A DNA stretch of 64,000 bases from Dehalococcoidia bacterium (GTDB taxonomy: Bacteria; Chloroflexota; Dehalococcoidia; Lucifugimonadales; Australimonadaceae): positions 1,343,966 through 1,407,965 of the forward strand of contig CBDFJL010000003.1 in the NCBI GenBank assembly GCA_965248495.1. Reading direction: 5' to 3'. Positions 29,714 to 39,083 of the stretch are shown here, one piece after another; the first letter of the stretch is position 1; every line of letters begins with the position of its first letter. Under the pieces are notes generated by a model that was not told the origin of the DNA, did not search any database, and saw nothing but the letters and a program-made list of their open reading frames with translations. The translations under genes and the position numbers were made by a program.

Positions 29714-31242
29714 CCGCCGCCCTCCGAGGCCGCCGGCACGGCGGCCTCCACCAGCGCTTGCACCAGGCCCGGCACGGTGTGCTCCCGAGCCTCGACGTCG
29801 ACTCGCAATCCCAGCTCCCGCGCGGTCTTCGTGGTCACGGGGCCGATGGAGGCGATGCGGACGCCGTCCAGCCGACCGATGTCACCGTTCAACAGCTCGA
29901 CGATGTTCCGCACGGTTGACGAACTGGTGAACGTCGCGATGGCTATCGTACCAGAGCCCAGCACCTCGCGAGCCTGCTCCGCCGCGCCGTCGGGCACCAG
30001 CGTACGGTAGGCCACTACCTCGTGGACGTCAGCACTCTGGCTCCGCAGGCCGCTCGCCAGCGCCTCGGGTGCGATGTCAGGGCGGGGCAGCAGCACTCGC
30101 TTGCCCGCAAGGTCAAATGCGCGAAAGCCGTCAGCGACCGCGTCGGTGGTGAAGGCGTCCGGGACGAAGTCCGCGACGACGCCACGGTCGGCGAGCGCAC
30201 GTGCCGTCGCCGGGCCGATGGCCGCAACACGCACGCCACCGAGGGCGCGCGCGTCCCGGCCCATACCGGCGAGCCGGCCGAAGAACGCATCGACGCCGTT
30301 GGTGCTCGTGAAGACGACCCAGTCGAACGAGGAGACACGGCCGACGAGGCTGTCGAGCTCCGAGGGGTCCTTGACCGGCGCGATCTCGATGGTGGGCAGC
30401 TCCACGGGGTCGGCGCCCGCGCGCGCGAGCAGCGCGCTCAGCTCGCTCGCCTGTTGCCGTGACCGCGTGACCAACACCCGCTGGCCGAATAGGGGACCGG
30501 AGTCGAACCAGCGCAGCGAATCACGCAGGCCCGCGACAGCCCCGATGACGGTAACGGCCGGCGAGCCGACGCCAGCCTCACGCACTCGCGTGGCGATGTC
30601 CGACAGCGTCCCGGCCACGGTCCGTTGTCGCGGCAGCGTGCCCCATTGCGTCACCGCGACCGGTGTGTCGGCTGCCCGCCCGCCGGCCACCAGCGCGCTC
30701 GCGATTTCGGCGAGCCTGCGTACGCCCATGAGCAACACCAGCGTGCCGGGCGTCTTGGCCAGCGCGTCCCAGTCGAGCGACGCCTCGGGCTTGGCCGGGT
30801 CCTCGCTGCCGCTCACGACGGTGAAGGATGTAGCCAACCCACGGTGGCTGACGGGGACGCCGGCGTAGGCGGGCGCCGCCACTGCCGACGTAATGCCGGG
30901 GACGACCTCGCAGGCCACCCCCGCCGCCTTGAGCGCCTCTATCTCTTCGCTGCCGCGCCCGAACACGAAGGGGTCGCCGCCCTTCAGCCTGACCACGGTC
31001 TTGCCCGTGCGCGCAGCGTCCACGAGCGTTTTGTTGATCAGGTCCTGGTAGTCGCCGGGGGTCTCCGGCTCCTTGCCCATGTAGACGAGCTTCGCGCCCG
31101 TCCTGGCATGCTCCAGCAGTGCGGGATTTGACAGGCGGTCGTAGACGACGACGTCCGCCAGGGCGAGGGCGTCGCGCCCCTTGAGGGTGATGAGGCCGGG
31201 GTCGCCCGGCCCAGCCCCGACCAGGATGACTCTGCCGCTCAC
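29710..31242 (-). CDS. bifunctional uroporphyrinogen-III C-methyltransferase / uroporphyrinogen-III synthase
   Basis: N-terminal SUMT motif [19 protein letters not shown]-terminal ~250-aa HemD-like half. GTGA overlap with hemC. Confidence 0.8.
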   Translation of the reverse strand: MSGRVILVGAGPGDPGLITLKGRDALALADVVVYDRLSNPALLEHARTGAKLVYMGKEPETPGDYQDLINKTLVDAARTGKTVVRLKGGDPFVFGRGSEEIEALKAAGVACEVVPGITSAVAAPAYAGVPVSHRGLATSFTVVSGSEDPAKPEASLDWDALAKTPGTLVLLMGVRRLAEIASALVAGGRAADTPVAVTQWGTLPRQRTVAGTLSDIATRVREAGVGSPAVTVIGAVAGLRDSLRWFDSGPLFGQRVLVTRSRQQASELSALLARAGADPVELPTIEIAPVKDPSELDSLVGRVSSFDWVVFTSTNGVDAFFGRLAGMGRDARALGGVRVAAIGPATARALADRGVVADFVPDAFTTDAVADGFRAFDLAGKRVLLPRPDIAPEALASGLRSQSADVHEVVAYRTLVPDGAAEQAREVLGSGTIAIATFTSSSTVRNIVELLNGDIGRLDGVRIASIGPVTTKTARELGLRVDVEAREHTVPGLVQALVEAAVPAASEGGG

Positions 31243-32162
31243 GGCGTCGCCTGCACACCCAGCAGTGTGCCCGCGCCCTGCTCGATGAGCGCCGCGTAGG
31301 CGGCGCGGCCGGCGACATCCGGGTCAGCGACGGGGCCGGCCACCTCCACGCGGTAGCTTTGGGACCCGTCGGGCGCGGTAACGGTGGCGAAGAGCGTCAG
31401 CACCTCGCCGTCGACCTCGGCCAGCGCACCGATGGGCAGCAGGCAGCCGGCCCCGGCGGCGCGCAGCACCCAGCGCTCCGCTTCCACGGCCGCTGCCGTC
31501 GCGTAGTGCCGAATGGACGCGGCCAGGACGGCCAGGTCGCCGTCGCTGGCTCGCACCTCCACCGCGAGGGCCCCCTGGCCGGGCGCGGGCGTCAACACAC
31601 GAGAGGAGATGTACTCGGCGATGCGATCGCTCAATCCGAGCCGCTCCAAGCCTGCCGCGGCGAGGACGACACCGTCGTAGTCGTCGCCATTTGCCTTGGC
31701 GATGCGCGTCTCGACGTTGCCGCGGATGGGGCGATAGTCGAGGTCGGAGCGCCCATGGCGTAGCTGCGCCTCGCGGCGCGGGCTGCTCGTGCCGATGCGG
31801 GCGCCAGCGGGCAGGTCGAGCAGGCCAAGGCCCCAGCGGTTGACCAGCACATCGCGTGGGTCGGCGCGCTCCAGGACCGACAGCACGATGAGCCCTGGTG
31901 ATGGCTCCGTGGGCAGGTCCTTCAGACTGTGCACGGCCATATCGATACGGCCCTCCAGCAGCGCGCGCTCGAGGGCGCTCGTGAAGACGCCGACGCCGAG
32001 GTCTTGGAGTGGCGCATCGGGCTGCTGGTCGCCCTCGCTGTGGACCTCGGCGGTCGTAAACTCGCGATCAGGGGCAGCGCCGCGGAGGGCGTCGACGACA
32101 AGCTGCGTCTGCTTCATGGCGAGACCGCTGCCGCGGGTGCCGATCCGAATGGGCGGTGCCAC
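31239..32162 (-). CDS. hemC: hydroxymethylbilane synthase
   Basis: IRIGTRGSGLAMKQT N-terminus. 307 aa. Confidence 0.9.
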   Translation of the reverse strand: MAPPIRIGTRGSGLAMKQTQLVVDALRGAAPDREFTTAEVHSEGDQQPDAPLQDLGVGVFTSALERALLEGRIDMAVHSLKDLPTEPSPGLIVLSVLERADPRDVLVNRWGLGLLDLPAGARIGTSSPRREAQLRHGRSDLDYRPIRGNVETRIAKANGDDYDGVVLAAAGLERLGLSDRIAEYISSRVLTPAPGQGALAVEVRASDGDLAVLAASIRHYATAAAVEAERWVLRAAGAGCLLPIGALAEVDGEVLTLFATVTAPDGSQSYRVEVAGPVADPDVAGRAAYAALIEQGAGTLLGVQATP

Positions 32163-32167
32163 AGCGA

Positions 32168-33409
32168 CTACTCGTCGGTCAGGCCGAAGAGAGAGCGCGC
32201 GGCCTCGGTGAGAGCCTGGTCGTTGCGCTCACGGAGCGTGCGGGTCGGGCCGTGGAGAAGCTTCTTGACCAGGGCCTTGCTGAGCGCGTCCACGGCCTCC
32301 GCGGCCTCGGGGCCTGTGCCGTTGAGGCGCTTCAGTGTCCGCGAGACTTCCGCCAGGCGCATCGCCTCGGCATGGTCGCGTATCCCGGCGATGGTCGGGG
32401 TGACCTCCTGCGCCTTCCACCATGCCCGGAACCTCGCCACCTCCTCGGCGACGATGGTCTCGACCTTGGCCGCTTCGGATTCGCGCTCTTTGCGGTTCGC
32501 CTCCGCGATGAGCTCGAGGTCGTACATCGTGTACAGGTGCACGCCTGGGATGTCCGCCGCCGCCGGCTCCACGTCGCGGGGCATCGCCAGGTCCATGATG
32601 ACCAGCGGCCTGGCCACACGCTCCGCCATGCCTCGCTGGATCACGTCCGCGCTCAGCACGAAGTCCGATGCCCCCGTGGAGCTCACGACGACGTCTGCGT
32701 CGCCGATGAGCGACGCCAGGTCGTCCAGCGACGCGACCATGGCGCCGAGGTCCGACGCCAGCTCCTTGCCATGCGACGGGGTGCGGTTGGCCACGACCAG
32801 TGACGATACGCCGGCGTCGCGCAGGGCCTGGCCGGCCATGGCGCTGGCCTCGCCGACCCCGACGAGCAGCGCCGAGCGTGACTCCAACTCCGAGGTGAGG
32901 CGCCGGACCAGCTCCACAGCCGCTCGGCTCACCGAGAGGGCGTTCCGCCCGATCCCGGTCTCCGTCCGCGCACGCTTCCCGACGCGCAGCGCATTGTGGA
33001 AGACGTGGGCGATCACCCCGCCGGCGACGCCGTGGCGGCTCGCGGCCGAGTAGGCGTCGCGCACCTGGCCGAGGATTTCGGACTCCCCGATGATGAGCGA
33101 GTCCAGGCTGGCTGCGACTCGATACAGGTGTTCCACGGCGTGGTCGTGCTCGAGGGTGTAGAGCGAAGACTCCAGCTCGTTGGGGTCCACTCCGAACTGG
33201 TCGCCGATGAACGCGCGAACGGCCTGGCCGTGGTCGACGGCGGTTGTGTAGACCTCGGTCCGGTTGCACGTGGCCAGGATCACTCCACGGTCGACCCGCG
33301 CGTGGAGCCGTGCCAGCGCATCGGGCAGCTGGGTCCGGCCAATGCTCATGGCCTCCCGCGTGGCCAGCGAGGCGCTTCGATGATTCAGCCCGGTGACGAC
33401 GATCGGCAT
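32168..33409 (-). CDS. hemA: glutamyl-tRNA reductase
   Basis: ILATCNRTEVY active-site Cys motif. NADPH-binding GVGEASAMA region. Confidence 0.9.
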   Translation of the reverse strand: MPIVVTGLNHRSASLATREAMSIGRTQLPDALARLHARVDRGVILATCNRTEVYTTAVDHGQAVRAFIGDQFGVDPNELESSLYTLEHDHAVEHLYRVAASLDSLIIGESEILGQVRDAYSAASRHGVAGGVIAHVFHNALRVGKRARTETGIGRNALSVSRAAVELVRRLTSELESRSALLVGVGEASAMAGQALRDAGVSSLVVANRTPSHGKELASDLGAMVASLDDLASLIGDADVVVSSTGASDFVLSADVIQRGMAERVARPLVIMDLAMPRDVEPAAADIPGVHLYTMYDLELIAEANRKERESEAAKVETIVAEEVARFRAWWKAQEVTPTIAGIRDHAEAMRLAEVSRTLKRLNGTGPEAAEAVDALSKALVKKLLHGPTRTLRERNDQALTEAARSLFGLTDE

Positions 33410-34059
33410 TAGCCACCCACTCCCTGGGGCGACGCCGAGCGTAGCGCCTGGAGCAGCCGGGCCTTTGCCTCAGCGTGGCGGCCTGCCAGCACCAGCGCCA
33501 GCACCTCGGCGTCCATGGCGTCCTGCCAGGCGTCCGCTGGCGGCTGCGCGCCCTCGCGTTTCAGGGCGGCGCGAACCTCGGCCAGCACCGGCGCCGCGTC
33601 GGCCCAAGCCAGCTCGGGCCATCGCTCCAAGGCCTCGCGTAGCTTGCGGGCCAGCGCGGGGCTCGTGCCGCTGGTGGAGACGGCGACGGTGACGGGACCA
33701 CGCTCGACCACGGCCGGAGCGATGAAGTCGCAGAGCTCGGGAACGTCGGCGACGTTGAGGAGCACCCGCTCGCGCGTTGCCTCCTCGCGGACCTGCCGGC
33801 TCACCGACTCGTCGCCGGTGGCGACGAACGCGGCGAAGGCTCCGGCAAGGTCGCCGGGTGCGTAGGGCCGCTTCAGCAGCCGCACGCGGCCTTCGGCAGA
33901 GGCGCGCTGGATGCCGCCGGTGGCCTCGGGGCTGACGACGGTGACGTCGGCTCCCGCGGCGACCAGCTGCTCCACCTTGCGCTCGGCGACTGAGCCCGCG
34001 CCGACGACGACACACGGCCGGCCGGCGAGGTCCAGATACGCGGCGTAATAGCGGCTCAG
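33409..34059 (-). CDS. sirC: precorrin-2 dehydrogenase / sirohydrochlorin ferrochelatase (SirC / CysG N-terminal-domain-like), probable CTG start
   Basis: The NAD-binding motif VVVGAGSVAERK lies upstream of the first GTG (33975). The frame is open to 34071. GGAGG (34071-34067) sits 7 nt before an in-frame CTG (34059-34057) that overlaps the ahbAB stop. Confidence 0.65.
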   Translation of the reverse strand: MSRYYAAYLDLAGRPCVVVGAGSVAERKVEQLVAAGADVTVVSPEATGGIQRASAEGRVRLLKRPYAPGDLAGAFAAFVATGDESVSRQVREEATRERVLLNVADVPELCDFIAPAVVERGPVTVAVSTSGTSPALARKLREALERWPELAWADAAPVLAEVRAALKREGAQPPADAWQDAMDAEVLALVLAGRHAEAKARLLQALRSASPQGVGG

Positions 34060-35123
34060 GAGCTCACCTCCTCAAGCGCCACGGCGTACTCGTGCTCCAC
34101 GAAGTAGCGGACCCGGGTCTTCTTGTACTCCCGCGTGCTGTAGAGGAGCTGGAAGTCGGTGACGCCCGTGGACTGGGAAATCTCCCGGGCCACGTCTTCG
34201 CACTGGTCCTGCGTGGTGGCATGGATCATGGTGAAGTGGGTGAAGCGCCAGTCGGGAAAGGTCGGCCGCTGGTAGCAGTGCGTCACCCATGGGCTGTGGG
34301 CCATGGTCATGCCGACCTCCACCGCTCGGTCTTCCGGCACTTTCCAGACCACCATGGCGTTGGAGCGGAAGCCTGCGCGCCGGTGGTGGAGCACGGCACT
34401 GTAGCGGCGCATGAGTCCACGCTCTTGGAGCCCCGCCATGACGGCGAAGAGCTCGGCGACGCTCACGCCCAAGCGGTCCGCGATTCCGTCGAAGGGCCGG
34501 CGATCGAAGGCCAGGCCCTCTTGGAGCTCGCGGATCACGTCGACCTCGAAGGGGGTCACGGTCTGCGCAATGTTCCAGTCCTCTCCGACGGCGCTCGTCT
34601 TCGAGTCGTCGCCGAAGCCATCCGGAGAGTAGTAGTCGTACGCGGCACCCTTTTTCTCGACCATGTCGAAGTTCACGCCGATCTTGAAAAAACGAATGGT
34701 GGGCATGACTCGCGCGGCTTCGGCGCCAGTCGCCTTCGCCATGCGGTCGATGGTCTCGTCGAGGTCGTGGTGCGGAGGCACCGCCAGCGTGAACCAGAGG
34801 TTGAAGTGGCCGTTGCGCGCGTAGTTGTGGCTCACCCCCGGGTGGCGATTGATGGCGCGCGCGGCCTTGTCCAGTGCCCCGGGCGGGTAGCGGAAAGCGA
34901 CCAGGGTCGTCTTGTAGCCGAGCTTGCGGGTGTCGAAGATGGCGCTGATCTGGCGGACTACGTTGCTCTTCTTCAGCGCGTAGACCCGTTGAAGCACATC
35001 GTCTTCGGTAATGCCGAGCTGCTCCCCGATGGCGCGATAGGGCTCCGCCACCACGGGGAACGACCCCTGCAGAATGTTGAGCAGTTCCTTGTCAGTCAGG
35101 TCGATGTCGGTTCTGGTCGCCAT
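34056..35123 (-). CDS. fused siroheme decarboxylase (AhbA/AhbB, NirD/NirL-like; two Lrp/AsnC-type modules)
   Basis: 355 aa with two repeats of the AhbA/B pattern. First: LNILQGSFPVVAEPYRAI...HPGVSHNYARNGHFNLWFTL. Second: IRELQEGLAFDRRPFDGI...SPWVTHCYQRP. Confidence 0.7.
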   Translation of the reverse strand: MATRTDIDLTDKELLNILQGSFPVVAEPYRAIGEQLGITEDDVLQRVYALKKSNVVRQISAIFDTRKLGYKTTLVAFRYPPGALDKAARAINRHPGVSHNYARNGHFNLWFTLAVPPHHDLDETIDRMAKATGAEAARVMPTIRFFKIGVNFDMVEKKGAAYDYYSPDGFGDDSKTSAVGEDWNIAQTVTPFEVDVIRELQEGLAFDRRPFDGIADRLGVSVAELFAVMAGLQERGLMRRYSAVLHHRRAGFRSNAMVVWKVPEDRAVEVGMTMAHSPWVTHCYQRPTFPDWRFTHFTMIHATTQDQCEDVAREISQSTGVTDFQLLYSTREYKKTRVRYFVEHEYAVALEEVSS

Positions 35124-35176
35124 AACCCCACTTAGGCGGGCCGCCGGTCAGGCCGACGGTGCGCCGTTGTATCAAG

Positions 35177-35842
35177 CTACCGTCGCGTACGCCTGCGCTG
35201 GCTTCCCGCTCCGTAGGCCCGCGTGAGCCCAAGTAGGACTTCGTCCGTGAGCCGGCCAAGCTGCTGCCAGACCCGGCTGACGACGGCGGATTGGCCGCCG
35301 CCCTGCTGGAGGGCTGGCTTGATGGCGTCCATCGTGACGTGGCGGAAGAAGACGAACCCCTCCACCGCCTCGTGCAGGGCGACGCCCTGGCCGGCTATCT
35401 CGACACCGTACTCGTGCCCCAGGGCCGTTGCCGTCTTCACCAGGTCGCGCCGCGCCGGAGCGTGGACCGCGTCCATGCACAACTCAAGCAACTCTCGGCC
35501 CAGGGCGCGCATCCGCTGCTGCCCAGCGTCATCGAAGCTCGCCATCCAACCTGGAGGTGCGGGCCGCGCCTCGTCAACGCGCCGCCTGATGCGGGGGAGC
35601 ACCGCCGCGCCCTCGGTGCCTACACGCTCGCTGGACCGGCCGCCTGCTCCTTGCACGAGCGCCCGAATGTCCTCGACGGCGAAGCGGCGATGGCCTCCAG
35701 GCGTCCGAAAGGCGCGCACCAGGCCATGGTCGGCCCACTGGCGGAGGGTGGCCTCGTTCACTCCGAGCAGCGTGCGGGCCAGCCCAAGGCTAAGCCATTG
35801 CCGGTCGTCTGCGCCGATGGCGGGGGTCGGTTTGGCCGTCAT
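35177..35842 (-). CDS. HTH (MerR/excisionase-type) regulator with a C-terminal helical sensor-like domain
   Basis: N-terminal LLGVNEATLRQWADHGLVRAFRTPGGHRRF HTH. A ~140-aa uncharacterised C-terminal domain. Confidence 0.6.
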   Translation of the reverse strand: MTAKPTPAIGADDRQWLSLGLARTLLGVNEATLRQWADHGLVRAFRTPGGHRRFAVEDIRALVQGAGGRSSERVGTEGAAVLPRIRRRVDEARPAPPGWMASFDDAGQQRMRALGRELLELCMDAVHAPARRDLVKTATALGHEYGVEIAGQGVALHEAVEGFVFFRHVTMDAIKPALQQGGGQSAVVSRVWQQLGRLTDEVLLGLTRAYGAGSQRRRTRR

Positions 35843-35850
35843 CAAAAACC

Positions 35851-35875
35851 TATAGAAATCTATAAGATTCTATTA
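35851..35875. promoter_or_regulatory. AT-rich palindrome plus a third half-site upstream of the HTH regulator
   Basis: TATAGA-aa-TCTATA (35851-35864) and TTCTATTA (35868-35875). Located 9 nt from the regulator start codon, in a divergent intergenic region. Confidence 0.4.
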
Positions 35876-36021
35876 CCAATCGATCAAGCGGGCGGTAGCG
35901 TACAATTTAGGTGTGGGGCCGTCAACCACAGGGGAAACGGCGGTCAACGGCCGGCAAATGAAGGTATCCGTTCGCGGCGTCACAAGCAACGGCGATTCGC
36001 AGGCTTAGAAGGGAGGAGGGT

Positions 36022-36672
36022 ATGCGGTACTCGGATGCCAAGCAGCGGCTGTTGAGCTCCCTTCGGCGCGAGGTCCGGGACGAGCGTGTCCTGGAGGCGC
36101 TCGCGGAGGTGCCGCGTGAGCAGTTCATGCCGCCGGGGCTGGCTGACCAAGCCTACGAAAACGAGGCCTTTCCCATCGGCTATGAGCAGACCATCTCTCA
36201 GCCGTTGATGGTGGCGGTGATGCTCGAGGCGATGGAGCTTCGCTCCGGCGGGCGCGTGTTGGAGGTCGGGACGGGGTCCGGGTACCAAGCGGCCGTGCTT
36301 GCCCGATTGGCCGCTCACGTCGTCTCAGTTGAGCGGGTGCGCGAGCTGGCCGATTCCGCCTGCGCGAGGCTGGAAGCGCTTGGCTGCTCGAACGTCGAGG
36401 TGCACCTTGCCGGCGAGCAGCTTGGCTGGCCGGCCGGTGCGCCCTATGACGCCATCGTGGTTGCCGCGTCGGCCCCATCGGCACCGCCAGTGCTCATCGA
36501 GCAGCTGGCCGAAGGTGGCCGGCTGGTCGTGCCCGTCGGCTCGCCCTTCGAGCAGCGGCTCGCCATCGTGCACAGGCGTGGCCAGCAAGTAGAGGTGCGG
36601 TGGGGCGACTCCTGCCGGTTCGTACCGCTGCTTGGTGCGCACGGGTGGGGCGACGAGCCCGTGGCCCGCTGA
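36022..36672 (+). CDS. pcm: protein-L-isoaspartate O-methyltransferase
   Basis: SQPLMVAVMLE and SAM motif VLEVGTGSGYQAAVLA. Confidence 0.9.
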   Translation: MRYSDAKQRLLSSLRREVRDERVLEALAEVPREQFMPPGLADQAYENEAFPIGYEQTISQPLMVAVMLEAMELRSGGRVLEVGTGSGYQAAVLARLAAHVVSVERVRELADSACARLEALGCSNVEVHLAGEQLGWPAGAPYDAIVVAASAPSAPPVLIEQLAEGGRLVVPVGSPFEQRLAIVHRRGQQVEVRWGDSCRFVPLLGAHGWGDEPVAR

Positions 36673-36835
36673 ACAAATCCGCGGAGCCCTCTGTGGCGTT
36701 ACGTTCTTAGGGGCGTTTGACTGCCGTATGTGCGCCGCATAACATCGCGAAATTCCCCTGGAGAGCCTGGACGTGCCTCACCGCTGCGGGATGCGGCCTA
36801 GGGGCCAGCGCCTGCGAAGGACGATACCCAACGAT

Positions 36836-37804
36836 ATGTATACCAAGAAGTCGTCAGCGGAGCTCGCGGTCCCGGTCGTCGAGAGGCTTCAGGAGAACTT
36901 GGAGCGTGTGATCTTTGGCAAGACCCGCGAGGTCCGGCTGGCCATCATGGCGCTCATGTGCCGCGGTCACCTGCTGATCGAGGACGTGCCCGGCGTCGGC
37001 AAGACGATGCTGGCGCGGAGCATCGCGCGGAGTATCGGCGGCGAGTTTCGGCGCATCCAGTTCACTCCGGACCTGCTGCCCAGCGACATCATCGGCGTGT
37101 CCGTTTACAACCAGCAGACGACCCAGTTCGAGTACCGGCCCGGCCCAATCGTCGCCGAGGTCGTGCTGGCGGACGAGATCAACCGAGCGTCACCGAAGAC
37201 GCAGGCGGCGCTTCTCGAATGCATGGAAGAGCGCCAGATCACCGTGGACGGTATTACTCACGCGATGCCGTCCCCCTTCATCGTGCTGGCGACTCAGAAC
37301 CCCATCGAGTACGAGGGCACATTCCCGCTGCCCGAGACGGAGCTGGACCGATTCCTCATCCGGCTGCGCCTGGGCTACCCTGCCCCCGCCGACGAGCTGA
37401 ACGTGCTCGAGGCCCAGCGAGAGAGCCACCCCATCGTGGGGTTAACGCGCGTCGTGACGCCCGATGACTTCGATCTACTCCAGGTCGCCATTCGCGAGGT
37501 GCACGTCGAGGACTCCGTACGCGAGTACATCGTGCGGGTGGTCGGTGCGACACGGAGCCACCCCAACCTGTATCTGGGAGCCTCGCCCCGGGGCTCGATT
37601 GCTCTCTTCCGCCTGGTGCAGGCGAGGGCGCTGCTGGAAGGGCGTGACTATGGCCTGCCGGACGACGTCAAAGAGCTTGCCGAATCCGCGCTCTGCCATC
37701 GAGTGATTCTCAGTTCTTCGGCGCGCATCCAGGGTGTCTCAGCCGAGGATGTCGTCGGCGAAATCCTCTCGCAGATTACGGTCCCAGGGGCCACGCCAGG
37801 GTAG
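36836..37804 (+). CDS. moxR: MoxR-family AAA+ ATPase
   Basis: Walker A EDVPGVGKT, Walker B VLADEINRASPKTQAALLE. ATG 36836 gives ~322 aa. Confidence 0.85.
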   Translation: MYTKKSSAELAVPVVERLQENLERVIFGKTREVRLAIMALMCRGHLLIEDVPGVGKTMLARSIARSIGGEFRRIQFTPDLLPSDIIGVSVYNQQTTQFEYRPGPIVAEVVLADEINRASPKTQAALLECMEERQITVDGITHAMPSPFIVLATQNPIEYEGTFPLPETELDRFLIRLRLGYPAPADELNVLEAQRESHPIVGLTRVVTPDDFDLLQVAIREVHVEDSVREYIVRVVGATRSHPNLYLGASPRGSIALFRLVQARALLEGRDYGLPDDVKELAESALCHRVILSSSARIQGVSAEDVVGEILSQITVPGATPG

Positions 37805-37829
37805 GCAGCAGGGCAGGGGGAGAGGTGGC

Positions 37830-39083
37830 GTGAAGGGGAGAATCCTGTGGGCGGTCCTGCTGGTCGGGGCGTTCGTTGCTGCCTTCTCGACCGGCTCGCC
37901 GATCGCATTCCGCCTCGGCTACGGCCTTCTCGTTGTCCCGGTCCTTGGGGCCATCGCGGTTGCCCTCGCGTCTCGTGGGCTCGATGCGGATGTGCGGCGC
38001 GTTACCGCCTACCTCCAGGTCGGTGAGGCCGTCGAGGAGGAGATAACCCTCGCGAGCTCTCACTGGTGGCCCAAGCTCCTGCTCGAAGTGCGCCATGCCA
38101 GCACGCCCTTCTCTTCCCCTGGCCGGGTCGCCAGCCTATGGCCCTATCAGCGGACATCCTGGACGACCAATGCGCGGGCCATGCGGCGCGGGCTCTATGA
38201 GTACGGCATTGTCGAGACAGTAGTCCGGGACCCGTTTGGTCTGTTCCAGCGCACCCTCCGCCGGGGTCGGCAGCAGGCGGCGCTGGTCTATCCGGCGACC
38301 GTGGACCTCCCCGGCTTCCATATCGCGACGGGCAGCGGCTGGACCGAGGGCGTGGTGCTGGCCGGCAGGACCTTCATCCCCAGCCCCATCGCAGCGACGG
38401 TCCGCGAATATGCGCCCGGCGATGCGGCACGTCGTATCCACTGGCCAACGACGCTGAAGATGAACAAGCTCATGGTCAAGGAGTTCGAGCCGGAGCCCGC
38501 CGGCCCTTCGGACACTATCTGGGTTTTTCTCGACCTGTGGGGTGGATCGCAGGCCGGTGAGGGCGTCGAAAGCACCGTCGAATATGGCGTGACCATCGCG
38601 GCGTCGATTGCGCGGCGCTTCATCGAGAACGGGCGTACCGTCGGCCTCATCGCCGGCGGTGCTGAGCTGACCGTCCTCAGGGCCGACTCGGGCCCCGCTC
38701 AGCTCGGCCGCGTCCTTCAGACGCTGGCGCTGGCCGCCTCCGGCGACGCGGTCCCAATGAGCGAAGCGCTGAACGCTATCGTCGATGCCGGCATGCCGCG
38801 AACCACCGCGATACTGATCTCGCCCGCGCCCGTGCAGCAGATCGCGTCCGCCGTCGCCTTCCTCGATACGCGCGGCGTGACGCCGGTGCCCATCATGCTC
38901 GAGGCGTCCTCCTTTGAGGGCGCAGCGCCTGCTGGCGGCGACATGTACCGGCTCCCCGGCACGCGAGTCGACGCCTACGTCGTCCATAGAGGGGACGAGA
39001 TCCATCGCCGGCTGGACTATCGGCTCGCGGGCCACGCGGGAGTCGATCTGGAGCGGCTGGCGCTCGGACGAACCGGCGCATGA
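37830..39083 (+). CDS. DUF58 protein (MoxR partner, vWA-like)
   Basis: N-terminal TM pair. RRIHWPTTLKMNKLMVKEFE signature. GTG 37830 after GGAGAGG. Confidence 0.75.
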   Translation: MKGRILWAVLLVGAFVAAFSTGSPIAFRLGYGLLVVPVLGAIAVALASRGLDADVRRVTAYLQVGEAVEEEITLASSHWWPKLLLEVRHASTPFSSPGRVASLWPYQRTSWTTNARAMRRGLYEYGIVETVVRDPFGLFQRTLRRGRQQAALVYPATVDLPGFHIATGSGWTEGVVLAGRTFIPSPIAATVREYAPGDAARRIHWPTTLKMNKLMVKEFEPEPAGPSDTIWVFLDLWGGSQAGEGVESTVEYGVTIAASIARRFIENGRTVGLIAGGAELTVLRADSGPAQLGRVLQTLALAASGDAVPMSEALNAIVDAGMPRTTAILISPAPVQQIASAVAFLDTRGVTPVPIMLEASSFEGAAPAGGDMYRLPGTRVDAYVVHRGDEIHRRLDYRLAGHAGVDLERLALGRTGA

